A stretch of DNA of 64,000 nucleotides, taken from NCBI GenBank assembly GCA_043825215.1, contig JBDRSD010000039.1:14302-78301 (forward strand), given 5' to 3'. Positions 41,501-49,000 of the stretch are shown piece by piece; position 1 is the stretch's first letter; every line of letters starts with the position of its first letter. The position numbers and the translations under genes were made by a program. The notes beneath the pieces are model-generated. The model searched no databases and had not been told where the DNA came from. It saw nothing but the letters and a program-made list of their open reading frames with translations. This stretch comes from Nanobdellota archaeon (GTDB lineage Archaea; Nanobdellota; Nanobdellia; Woesearchaeales; JAHJEM01).

Positions 41501-43078
41501 TTCGGATATTAGCGTCTGCGTATCAAGACTTATGTTAAGAGTGTACCCCTGGGCAAGGGATGTGCCATTGTTGTTCGTGAAATTGATTATGCGACGATAT
41601 GCATAGCTCCCATTCCACCAAGGCTTTGCATCATTATACGCGACAGCGCTCGCCGCACCATACTCGAAAAGAAGCGCGTGATATCCTTGCGTATGCACCC
41701 TGCTCCTCTCTTCACCGATGCCTTCGCAGGAATAATCGCTGACAACGATACTCCCATTCACCATTTGATCCGGAAGGATATTTCCGTCACAGGAAATATC
41801 AAGGAATTCAAGGTCTCCATACGAGTCATCTTCTGACCACCAAGACGTATTATCAAACGGCGTCACCACCAGGTCTGCCAGTCCACTAGTCTGAAATTTC
41901 ACAGACCAGATCCCGCCAACAATGGGAAAGCTCTGCACGTTCAAGACCTCGATCAAGCCTTCCGCAAAAGCGATCATGCCTTCACCAGCGTATTGCGCAC
42001 TATACTCTTCACCAGGGATTATCCGCTTGACAAGCTCCCACTTGCCAGGGCACGTCAAGCTGGACATATCAAAATCTGCACAGCGATACAGCGCATTTCC
42101 CTGGGCAATCTTTTTCAGCGTTCCGCCCGCATAAGATATATTGGAAAAATCAAGAGCTAAACCTGCCCGGACATCCTTGAGCGGAATCAGTCCCGACGAG
42201 ATATTCTCGACAGTCAACCGCAGCCCCTCTGCAAATGTCACGTTATGCACATCAATGGAAAACCCCTCGCCATACAAGAAGAGATCATATTGATTTCCCT
42301 GGATTAGCTGCTCAATATCCACCTGCTGCCTCGACTGCACCTGGATGATGTTTCCGCTCTGATAATCAAACGCGAGGGACTTTTGCATTGCGCCCGCATC
42401 AGAGAATGCGATGCCTATCTCACCTGAAAGGCCGGGCGTGCTGACAATGGGCGCCCTGCCTGCGAATGAGTCATTGACCAGGTGATGACCTTTCTGGCCG
42501 ACAACGCGGAACTGCCTTGCCTCTTCATGGCCTGTGACAAGATCGTTGAAGGTGACCTGGTAGTTTCCAACGCGTGGCGGGACAAATACTGCTGCCCCCC
42601 CATCCTCAGGCCGATAGAACCAGAAGTCAGAAGAGGATGATACCGTCAGCGTATAGGGATTGCCTGCAGTGATTACGATCTGCACCTCTTCTCCAACCAC
42701 GAACTCCTCCTTCTCAAGGGCTATTGCACCGGTTGATTGCAAGATATGGCCAACGGTGAACTCTAAAGCATCCTCAATCACGCCACTCTCTGACGTAAGG
42801 ACTATCCTATACACCCCGTCTGCCGAAGGCAGGAACACCTGCTCGCCGATGGGAGAGCCAAACAGCCTGAAGACCTTATCTCCTGCATAAATGTCAATCC
42901 GGGACGTGTTTGTCGTGTTCGCAAGAAAATGCACTTCATCACCTGACTGATAGTGGTAACGGTCGATCGTGATATACCCGCCAAATACGCCTGGGAGAGA
43001 GACCATGCTAAAGAGGATGCAGCAGAGGATAATAACCCATGCCCTGCTTCCCCGCCCTTTTGCCTTGCCACTCATCAT
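29546..43078 (-). CDS. Giant exported protein, 4510 aa. It has a signal peptide, at least four DUF2341-like domains, a LamG/ConA-like domain, many Ig-like domains, a CARDB domain and a conserved ~190-aa C-terminal domain.
   Basis: Signal peptide WVIILCCILFSMVSLPGVFG. DUF2341-like domains: WWNGSYAYRRIINFTN...DVRF...YTVYYGN, WWNSSYSYRMQVNITN, WWNKNWSRCMNIEIKNN, WWNASYPYRFPINITN. LamG-like region with WWSESQGW and FIGTIHEFRV. CARDB: NITIFANISNAGLTNATSEFNVSFYLG...VMIDPGQEVNETDEQNNNASYNLSV. The ATG overlaps the TGA of the upstream giant gene (ATGA at 43075..43078). Confidence 0.85.
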   Translation of the reverse strand: MMSGKAKGRGSRAWVIILCCILFSMVSLPGVFGGYITIDRYHYQSGDEVHFLANTTNTSRIDIYAGDKVFRLFGSPIGEQVFLPSADGVYRIVLTSESGVIEDALEFTVGHILQSTGAIALEKEEFVVGEEVQIVITAGNPYTLTVSSSSDFWFYRPEDGGAAVFVPPRVGNYQVTFNDLVTGHEEARQFRVVGQKGHHLVNDSFAGRAPIVSTPGLSGEIGIAFSDAGAMQKSLAFDYQSGNIIQVQSRQQVDIEQLIQGNQYDLFLYGEGFSIDVHNVTFAEGLRLTVENISSGLIPLKDVRAGLALDFSNISYAGGTLKKIAQGNALYRCADFDMSSLTCPGKWELVKRIIPGEEYSAQYAGEGMIAFAEGLIEVLNVQSFPIVGGIWSVKFQTSGLADLVVTPFDNTSWWSEDDSYGDLEFLDISCDGNILPDQMVNGSIVVSDYSCEGIGEERSRVHTQGYHALLFEYGAASAVAYNDAKPWWNGSYAYRRIINFTNNNGTSLAQGYTLNISLDTQTLISEGKVNTDCSDVRFTWYNGTKNVELDRINITPCNDTNTVFFIKSRLPIWSWDANYTVYYGNPTAPAPPENKSNIYWLWDDFEDLTHNFTDGTVGATITANAKKNGNYGLQGDGNAGYKRAVKPETMARGLIIEGWVFSQGNGTTADLPGLELGMSSTTEANGFQAVLDWRSGTGSSSDMQIRRNFNSGSVIASSTANTVEKFKWYYIKFTWQADSFMRMEVWNASMVPWGNLTATDATYTTGYYGVGAYRNGWWDDVAVRLFTTSEPGANVSDEQANVLVVNLDAPENGATQTTSLIDFNCSASSNDPLVNITLYGDWNGWHANETVPLGGLSNSTNFSKNIPDGTWQWNCLAYDETDFSGTYPINYSFTVDVTPPSVSILSPVGNISDPTPLLNVTFGETVEEAWYAVDGGENVTLCSSCSSYQDFLDLAEGGYILDVYVNDSFGNVGNDQSSITLDLNHSFSDSYADESSIQLLNGTTWQAQNVSFRGIREDWWNSSYSYRMQVNITNTNADDISGDYTINFTINTTDLIDRTRLQTDCDDLRIVELEGEQSIELDRIVLDCANGSTEVRFRLRNPIQAGVTNASYYIYLANPSAQSPPNDTSKVYLLYEDFDDGTADGWIAHNGIWVVDSNAYYQSDNLATYMRASYSNSSWGNYSVDVMINILSGGATGGFAGVLFRWQNETDHYASILDDRVDPDDSIWFRQWIAGSYTTSPQEYTDVTVNRDVWSPLRIKVFDDAGQDTIRAIFDGITHEYNYTAWSSGGIGLMMHGTQAYYDNVTVREFLGKEPAISLGSEEFRAAGDAGHLISRAVNASGEIAVFKNITWQEAGTDSANNISLQVSADGGASYCTAQNGQRLDMKSCPGFIAGQSMVYDALFVTNDSRVISLTSVAFAWSEDGSPPQVSVASPNMSGLYNGEFLVNASINDSGTGVSSAKFVVLNGTGDVVDQDVLSLSSGNTSEGYWSLTYDPVLLEDGTYNISLNASDGEDNFNDSVLVEISIDTASPTIGQKELNTSGPADRNESVCINVSGIGDENGIASVTADVNLSNGSEKNILLDDTSVCAGILGDGVYGLVLEVGNTVGTFTFVNVTVSDPAGNSAYNATPQNLTVIETAAPVIALTEPQNNTGNADGMISFRYAVSDESEIGNCSLVINSTVNATNVTIDQAQNQSFFHVVDEPARIQWKIRCADVYGNLQETGERVLDVILFGGLNGTNMSGVDPENIVNLTIEMPSYGRILFTEPVNLSGGADLGAVITIANNSISVNSSEEPRLNKTAILSIYGLDYTKTPVVLKDSLPCLPVQCAINTYAGGIISFNVTSFSSYVTGANADLGIWDSTDSEEGSQTKYVLEQVGFFVNYSNKTSSVPITGVGISCMLTVDSSTINMTYNSTSKLYEFSRSFIYTGEYTWNVTCNGSSQGYEALSTPDTVTITSLDQWWNKNWSRCMNIEIKNNGLVALIDFPVYLNVSSTANMNADYSDLRFVNTTCDNGGSALDYEIEYKTAIAAEVWVEIDMLPANGKVIAMYYDNPAASPGEDAEGTWNSNFGIVYHMNASGNDSTANNLDRVSDIGTPGAKNTYIGYGRSFDGTSAWNMTDMAYWEQQWSVRTHEALFATGNDVTTRQTLFAEGGASNGVMLYIDAGQLYARWWSESQGWAGDHINTPISANTVYHAVLTYSYPGNYSLIVNGNQVDARVAAALMNAHTGNGGIAYTGSDTKDYHDSTTQAGNYFIGTIHEFRVMDTAESIDWYNMTAQILLNYSAAVIMGSEINHVPVVENATFNASLIEGNDPVMLNVTVTDLFGNDTVSSVNATFTYPNGTKVNASLTQLLENLTYDTPDRESGEQQAYARVYGSTNARAETGFIILTSLSDTVTLQNTYNRSKAFIIRRYAMANNDSNNEPDGATANIEWANCTGDVCNQLTATRYASTGKEDLLASYSILQADNIQAWNFTISWASGQTAATFDPDPDLPAGFADSCLVNVHRSTSINSNDINDFAEAEVESNITAADNIDFYRDPETAPAAAGTTVADVLCFRDASVVQQLFTVMPDAEPATQDVSMSPVNTSISFAIHNHRQADDGVGQNAIINNITNATNIQFYVAETGLTGVQSQVTAYVANFENDSQASTQHFRISPAYTDQNITSAFSPSASSLNRTLLTCDNSMEAGGGTAHTRDYWGYMLDSTSTIRAVNFRTRSSTQPSLINCWIITWPNTSSVIFENMTDAATAWITYDDIDTTVLASINNITVKVTVSSYNKSGSLMSGNDNPDLEVALATIDQGGWVTIGNISATGAGTFSATTTDSAILTAWLTSANRDVRIRGAGMDYYDETNIDEINWTGLVIEISHESRSSLWQAEWTDTYQLGLYNVTDIYAMDNISQANHSTYTNLTFTAVATPLSSFNLSSPVNASESQNLLPNLTWDATSGKNFLNYTIQLDKDPLFGSPDYTYKTSPIGNTSYKVDYALDANARYYWRVNAYNLYGNSTSSISVFQYIIDTIAPSVTLNSPPHRTITNNASITFTYTPADTNTLSSCTLYGNFSGLFLANSTNTTILNNTVNNFTITVPEGIFDWNAQCNDTAGNSNFASGNYTLTADTSGPAIGIISPANNTLENTTNNINFTANANDTYANISSCKLIIDGVVEMTKTGIQEGDPFTFTRFVLNGNHTWMVNCTDSLGNENSSEISNLSVLVIDNDPPLITLHHPGQDGFENSLDVNFNFTPEDATGIANCSIHIDGLLNQTNTSVETFIANNFTVAGLAEGTHNWSISCYDNGTDFNLGSSGWRNFTVDVTYPSLDVAGPPNDTFSLSSMVNFTYVANDTHLYQCTLLANFSGVYAENMTDAPQSNASSNFTLFLPDGNYLWNIKCNDTAGNTKYGDYNRTVKVDTTAPAYSNNVTSPASPATFNATQLYEFNITWTDSFGVAAVLLEHNFTGTLMNESVAGSGSIYSFTVQGLSAGSYIYTWYANDTVSHTNSTPNYAYTVNRAQANISLYLNGTEGNLTANEDQDVNMTVVSNLPQGGFVHLYLNGTEIQNGSSPIENITFFSNPGTYNITAFFNTTQNYTGQVVTHFLQVNDTTGPNLTMYFPEANGTVGTALVTFSYKVADASAVTNCSLYINGSLNTTDTEIMTDATQTFSVPFEDGSYSWQVRCYDIPGNLGASGIRDFVVNIIPFLNVSVNTSLPEYERGDTLIVRVMANDTYGNPVVSDATVSVIFTNNSITQVPWWNASYPYRFPINITNNNASILEEGYTVLIALNTTNPEMQPDGDDIRIVFFNESNQTNIELDRVNTTAFNTTQTDLWFRLQEGISENNHTSMYYVYFGNGTVTSPPANQSNIYFFYEDFEEGNISDWTNYSLGQVGLALAGGSYVGRKDTNNDPNGGYALFTKNITGYVALYRFNRPNEAGGEQSRYAISDSGFNGYGFQITDVNPSGTFGIEERSGGTSAGNVATTATSYFFLNTWYVIEQTWNNTQINITVYNDTDRTYLDSLQGTDPSVVQFDRFVIHGGYQFDTDDIRIRILIENEPIAGILPQETLLGLKAGLTDALNGTLITNFSMLGWPVGNYSAVAFAQASGFNTGKGYAAFNLNPDSTTPNITLVSPHDLYAQGEDLVNFTYAPHDINLLSCALYLGKDGGFSKNQTDSSPVNGANNTFADIFMVSGVYAWNVNCSDTDGNWGFAPANFTLNITGPDFTMDTSDIFFGNESVVEGNNITIFANISNAGLTNATSEFNVSFYLGNPSQGGTLIDSNQTVGILASGEWAVVNVSHILIPGKNEIWVMIDPGQEVNETDEQNNNASYNLSVSLYQLYYGNVTKNIILGFGVNDSLLGFTNASVNENSFLFVADIDSSFSFSGLQAIGRSTNNLTVGNDFTDIDAGLASAGFNDSVKLVWGNGTDVPVATRAFNFSSGDISDVPIVNSTNTSAFVSGILWDTADDTSVNLQYDDSDEEDLVFVTELSLGGAGMYGVYDYEIKVPALLRAYKAGTDAFAIYVELT

Positions 43079-46000
43079 CTGATCTCACCGTAAAATACGA
43101 CTATGTCGTTTGTTCCTGTCAATTCCCGTAACGTTGCCGGAATCCTGATCTCAAAATCAGAGATTCCCGCGAATGACTCCATGCCCTCATTCACTGCGGT
43201 GATGAGCACAAGGTCCTGGGTTCCTGCATATTCTGTGCCGCCGTCCGACGCGTCCCAGAGAAGGCCTGTCTCAAAGGTTGTCATGTTCGTCGAGTTCACC
43301 ACAGAGACATTCGCGACATCCTTTGCGAAGATTGTATAATTGCGAAGTGCAATGGGAACGCCACCCACTGTATAGGTCACCGTGATATTATCCACATATG
43401 ACGAAGACCCGAGTGCCGTATCTGCCTCAGGGAAATCATCTGGTTGTGACAAGTTGTTCGTATCCCTTCCTAGTGCCTTCAGGCTGAAGAATGAGACCTG
43501 GCTGTCGATGTCTGCAATATAGATGTTCGTCCCATTCTCACCAAATGGCGTCCAGTTGTAGATGGTGCTGTTCGACTGGCTCCTAAGCGCCTTCTCCACA
43601 GTCGTGTTCCCTGCGACAAACATCCAGAACCCGACCGTGAAGGTCTGTGATGCGTTGTTGTTCTCTTCGTTCGCTTCCGCAACCGTGCCGTTCGTCTCGA
43701 GCGGAGCGTCGACGATAACGCGGAAATTATTGAAGCCAAGCGTGAGGTTGAAGGTCACGTTGAGCGTCATGTTCATCGACGCGTTGAGATAGGGAATGGT
43801 GAAGTTCTGGCCGATCTGGGAAGTCTTGTTTCCCGTATAGTTGAAGAACTGGACAGTGAAGTTCTCGGCATCGCGCACGCCCTCGTTGAAGATGACAACT
43901 GAGACAGTCACGTTCTTGCGCTCGATCAGGTCCGAGTCGTTCAGGGTGATGTTGCCGCTGTTCACGAGAAGATCTGCAGAAGTCACATTGAAGAAGTATG
44001 TCTCGCTCACATTATAGTTTCCGGCAAGATCGACGCATGAGACGTTCCAGTAATGCAGGCCGATCGAGAAGGTGAACACGTTGATGACATACTCCTCACC
44101 CTGTACGACAGTTGTCGCATTATAGAGCGCATGGTCTATCGTGAGATTGCAAGAGGTGTTATGCGACCTTGATTCGTTGACCGTGTAATTCAGAGTCACG
44201 ATGGGAGAGGAGACATTCTCATAATAGATGGGAGAGTTGAGGATGATTGTCGGCGCGACAGTATCAACGTAAATTGTCCTGTTTGTCGAATTCTTGACAT
44301 TTCTCGCACGATCAAACGCCTCAAGGACCAGGAAGTACGTGTCATCAGTGAGATTTGCCAGGATGTCTGAGGTCGTATTGGTCACATTCGAGATGTTTCT
44401 GAGATTGACCTGGCCTGTGGTATTCCTTGTCCCGTTGATGAAGAACGTGTAATTGATTATCCAGTCCATGTTGTCTGTGATGTTGAAAAATATCTCCGGG
44501 CTCGCATTCCTGAACCAGGTCCCGTTGGCTGTCGTGATGTTCGGCTCTGGTTGGGTGAAGTCAATATACAATGAGATGTTTCCTGTCGTCCCATTCGATT
44601 CCGTGACCGACGTGTCATAGCAGACGATGCTCCAGTTATGCCAGCCCTGTTCAAGGTTTTCCAGGGTGAAGAAGTTCTCCTGGTTGTTCTCTACGGCGTT
44701 GTCTGTATCATTCAGGGACTCGTCAAGCCATAAGGAACAGTTGTTTATGTCATCATTGTCTGTCACGTTATATGATATCGTGTGGTTCACTGAGCTGTTC
44801 CAGGTATTGTTCATCGGATAGTTCACGATAAGGTACGGGGCGAGGCTTGTCGCGAAATTGATGGTCTCTGAGACATTCGTATTACTCGCCGTATCATAGC
44901 ATTCAATGTACATCTCATGGTTCCCGTCTATGATGCTTGAGAGGGAGTAATTCGTGATCGTGTTGTTATCCACCTCCATCCAGTCATAATAGAATGCATC
45001 AAGTACAAGGCGACACGTCATATTATCATCGAATGAGTCAGTGGCAATCCAGGTGAAATTCACCGTGTTGTTCAGGATGATCAGCCCTTGCGTCGGATAG
45101 ATGACCTCAATGGACGGGTCTGTCGGATCATAGGAAAAATTCCAGACCGTTGAATTACCCATCTTCACACTATTATCTGTACAATTGATGCTCCAATTAT
45201 GGAAACCCAAAGAAAGATTGTCCAGACTGAATGTATTTGTCTGGTTGTTCAAAATGGACGTATTCGTCCTGTTCAGGATTCCGTCAATTGTTATCGAGCA
45301 CGCCGTGATGTTCCCATAATCCTGCGGCCTGTAGGAGAACAGGGCAGAGTCCTGGTTGGAATACCCGTTATTCGGCGGAGAGAGCAGGGTTATTGTCGGA
45401 GGGCCATAATCGACCCTGAATGTCCTTGTCTCGCTCGAATTCGGATTATTGAACGTGTCAACACAGCCTACATACCAGGTATGGATGCCATCACTGATGT
45501 TGGTCATGGTCACGTTATAGACAGTATTGTTCGACACGTTGAAGTTTGACACCCGCTCGTACGAATCCATGAAAAAGTCGCATATCGCATAGGATGAATT
45601 GTCATCGAACACCGTGAAGTTGAACGAGACATTCCTTATCTGGGTATAATAGTTCTGCTCTGGCTCATGCAGGACAATGGTCGGCGGGACCCTGCCAAAT
45701 GTCAGCGTCTGGGATGCCACATGGTCGTTCAGGGTCTTATTCACGATGTAAGACAGCTTTTCCTGGTTGTCTATCTCGCACGTATAGACCTCTTCCCCTT
45801 CCTCACCAGTCACATTCACATTGAATGTTGCCTGGCCCTGGGCGTTTGTCATAGTCGTGTCGATCAGGTCATAAGAGCCATTGTAGAGATACACCTGATA
45901 GTTCTGGATGGGCACGCCGCTATGCTTATCCGTCACATTACATTTCATGTCAACAAAGTTGGTCGTCACAATCCCTGAGGGAGAATCCCAATAGACTTTC

Positions 46001-49000
46001 GAACGGCCTGTCACGTTCAATGTCAGGTATGCAAGGGAGATGTTCCAGTTGCCTGCAAGGTCTCTCGCAAAGAGCTTTAAGCCATGAAGCCCGGCAAACC
46101 AGGAATTGTTCACCGTGAACGTGTAATTCGTCCAATTCCCCGTGTATGGTGGGGAGATATTCACGTTCTCAAGTGTCGCACTCGTCCCATTGAAGCGCGC
46201 ATAGCTGTAGTTAATCTCCTCATTCCACAACGCATAGATCGTTGTCGTCGGGCTTGCTCCCTTCGTGACGGCGTAGGACGTCAAGCCGTAGGAAAGATTG
46301 TATGGCGCATAGATGTCAGACCCTTCAGGAAGGGTGTTCAATTCCTCAGATATCTCATCATTTCCTGAGGCATTATAAAATATCGTCGGCGCATCATTAA
46401 TCCTGCAATACATCATCTCAATGCCTGTTGAATAATCAGCATAAGAATACGTTGCATAACCAGTGCTGTTTGTCGTATTTGTCCCAAGTGGGGTTGTCGA
46501 ATTGTAGAAGTAAACAGTATAGTTGGCTATTCCTGCAAGGCTGAGATTGTCCCTGACAAGACAGGTGATGTTGGTCGTGTTCGTCTCGAACATGCTCATC
46601 GGATCAAGGGTTATCGACGCTGCATCAGCCCAGCCCCAGACCTGGAACGGGTACGTCTGAGTCCCATTCTGGTTGTTTGAGGTATCATTTGCGAAGATCC
46701 GCCAACCGAAGATCCCTCTTGTTGAAGCTGCCCCGAAAGCAACAGAGAAATTCGAGACATACATAACCGAATCATTCAGGTCTATCGGGCTTGCAAGCGA
46801 GCTGTTCTGATACGTTCCTGTCTCATTGGTGGAGAAGACTGCCGTGTCCAGGGCAAGATTGTCATACCATGTCGTCCAGAAATAGGCTGTCTCTCCCTTA
46901 TGGATGATAAGGCGGCTCTGGTTCGTGTTATTGTAATAAGGAGGCGAGCCCTCCTGCGTGAAGAGCGATGCGATCTGGCTGTACGTGCCTGACCTGTTGT
47001 AATAAATGGCAGGCTCGTCTTCTATCACGCAGGTCATGTTCTCGCTGCCGGCAGAAGTGTCTGTATAGAGGAATGTCGCGTATCCTGAAGCGTTGGTCAT
47101 GTTCGTGCCGATAAGGCCTGTCGAATTGAAAAATGAGACCGTGTAATTCGCGATTCCTGCAAGGGTGATGTTATTGACGACTTTGCAGGTGATGGTTGTC
47201 GAGCCGGACTCATTTATCAGGGCTGGCGTCAGGTTGATGGACGCAAGGCTCGCATATGCCCAGACCTCAAATACCAGGTAGGGAAGCGTGTCGTTCCAGT
47301 TATAATTCAGGTCCTCTGCATATATCTTTGCGTAATGGATGCCCAATGTCCAGTTCTCTGACGTGTTTATGGTGTAGTTGCTCCAATTTTTCGGGTTCGG
47401 AGACGGAAGGGTTACCGAATAATTCGTCATGGACTGGTTTGTCGAATTATACTCGATCGTCGCTGACTCGAGCGTCTCGTTCCAGCGGGCAAAGACTGTC
47501 AGGTTCTCGCGGGTATGGACAATTCGCGGGGACACATTGTAGGTGCTGTTGAAAAGTACAGGAGGAATGCTCTCTGTCTCAATCACCCAGAACAGGGAAG
47601 AATCATGCTCGCTGTACTGTGCGTTTATAACGTCGAAACTCACAGGATAATACCCGGAAGTGTTCTGCGTGAGATTAAAGATGTAATAGAATGAAACGAT
47701 ATCAGGCGCGACAGAAATGCCACCCTGGGACGTGTTCCATGAGATATTTCCTCCAGTGAAGTTCCCGCTCGAATAGTTGTCTGTCCCGACAGCATAATAG
47801 ATATCTGAGATGGTTGACACATTCCAAAGCCCGCTCAATCCCTTATGATAGATATCCGCGGTTGAGATCGTCCAGTCCTGGATGCTCTCCTCAAGGTTGT
47901 CAACGATGACCTCAACCCTATAGGACCGATTCGTATACAGCCTGAACGTGGCATTCAGGCCCTGATCGATCAGATAGGCTGTGCTCTGATTCGTATCAGA
48001 GACATTTGTTATATCGTAGACACGGAGAGCATTCATGTCAAGGCTCACCGGGGATGGCGTTATCTGGAAGACGTAGGATGCATTGAAATAAGAGCCGTTA
48101 TCCATGCGCAGAATATTCTCGTAATAATCCCTGATCTCAGCATAGACCCGATAATACCCATTCTCCCTCGTCATGGTGTCGAAAGAGCCTGAATCATTCC
48201 AGGGAGTCGTCAGGTCAAATGGCTGCGTGTACTCAAAGGAGCGCAAGGTGGCATTCAGGATATCGTCGACAACGGTCTCTTCCTCCACCCACACCCCAGA
48301 ACTATTGAAATCAACTCGCATAAGGAGGTAGCCATCCATCGGATACTGGTTTATGATCACGCTCGAGCCCAGCTGCTGCGTCGACTGGAGCGATCCCTTC
48401 TCCGCACTCGGCTGGTTTGAGAGCATCGGCCAGATAGTATCAAGGTCGCTCCTATTTCCAGCCTTTCGCCAGAACGTGATCGTCACATACTCTCCAGCCG
48501 GAACGACGATGGAATAATTCCGTCCCCACACAGGATAGCCCCTCCCAGTCCAACCAACACCCGCAGTGTCCTCACTTCCAACAGGGATATTCTGGGGAGT
48601 TCCCTCTGCAGTGCAGCCAAACCCCTCAAAGTCATGGATATGCACTTCTGGAGGGATGGAAAGAGAATCGTTCACATACACGTACCCTGTGTCCAAGTAA
48701 GTCGCTGCAGGCCGGTAATTCTGCAGCCATGGCTCTCTCGACTGAAAGTTCATGATGTGCTGCTCTGTGCAGCCGTTACATACTGTCGGGGATCCTGCCG
48801 CGTCCGCATACCGGTAGTCATACGTGCCTCCCCCGTCAGCTCCGCCGAACTCCACCCTGATCGAGATGTTTGTCGTATTCTTGTTCTCGATGACATATTG
48901 CGTCTTTGCGAGGTAGCTGAAGTTATCATCCTGGAAGCTGCCATTGTACACGCTCATCATCTTGTTGAAATAGACACCATTCGTATAATCGTACTTGAAG

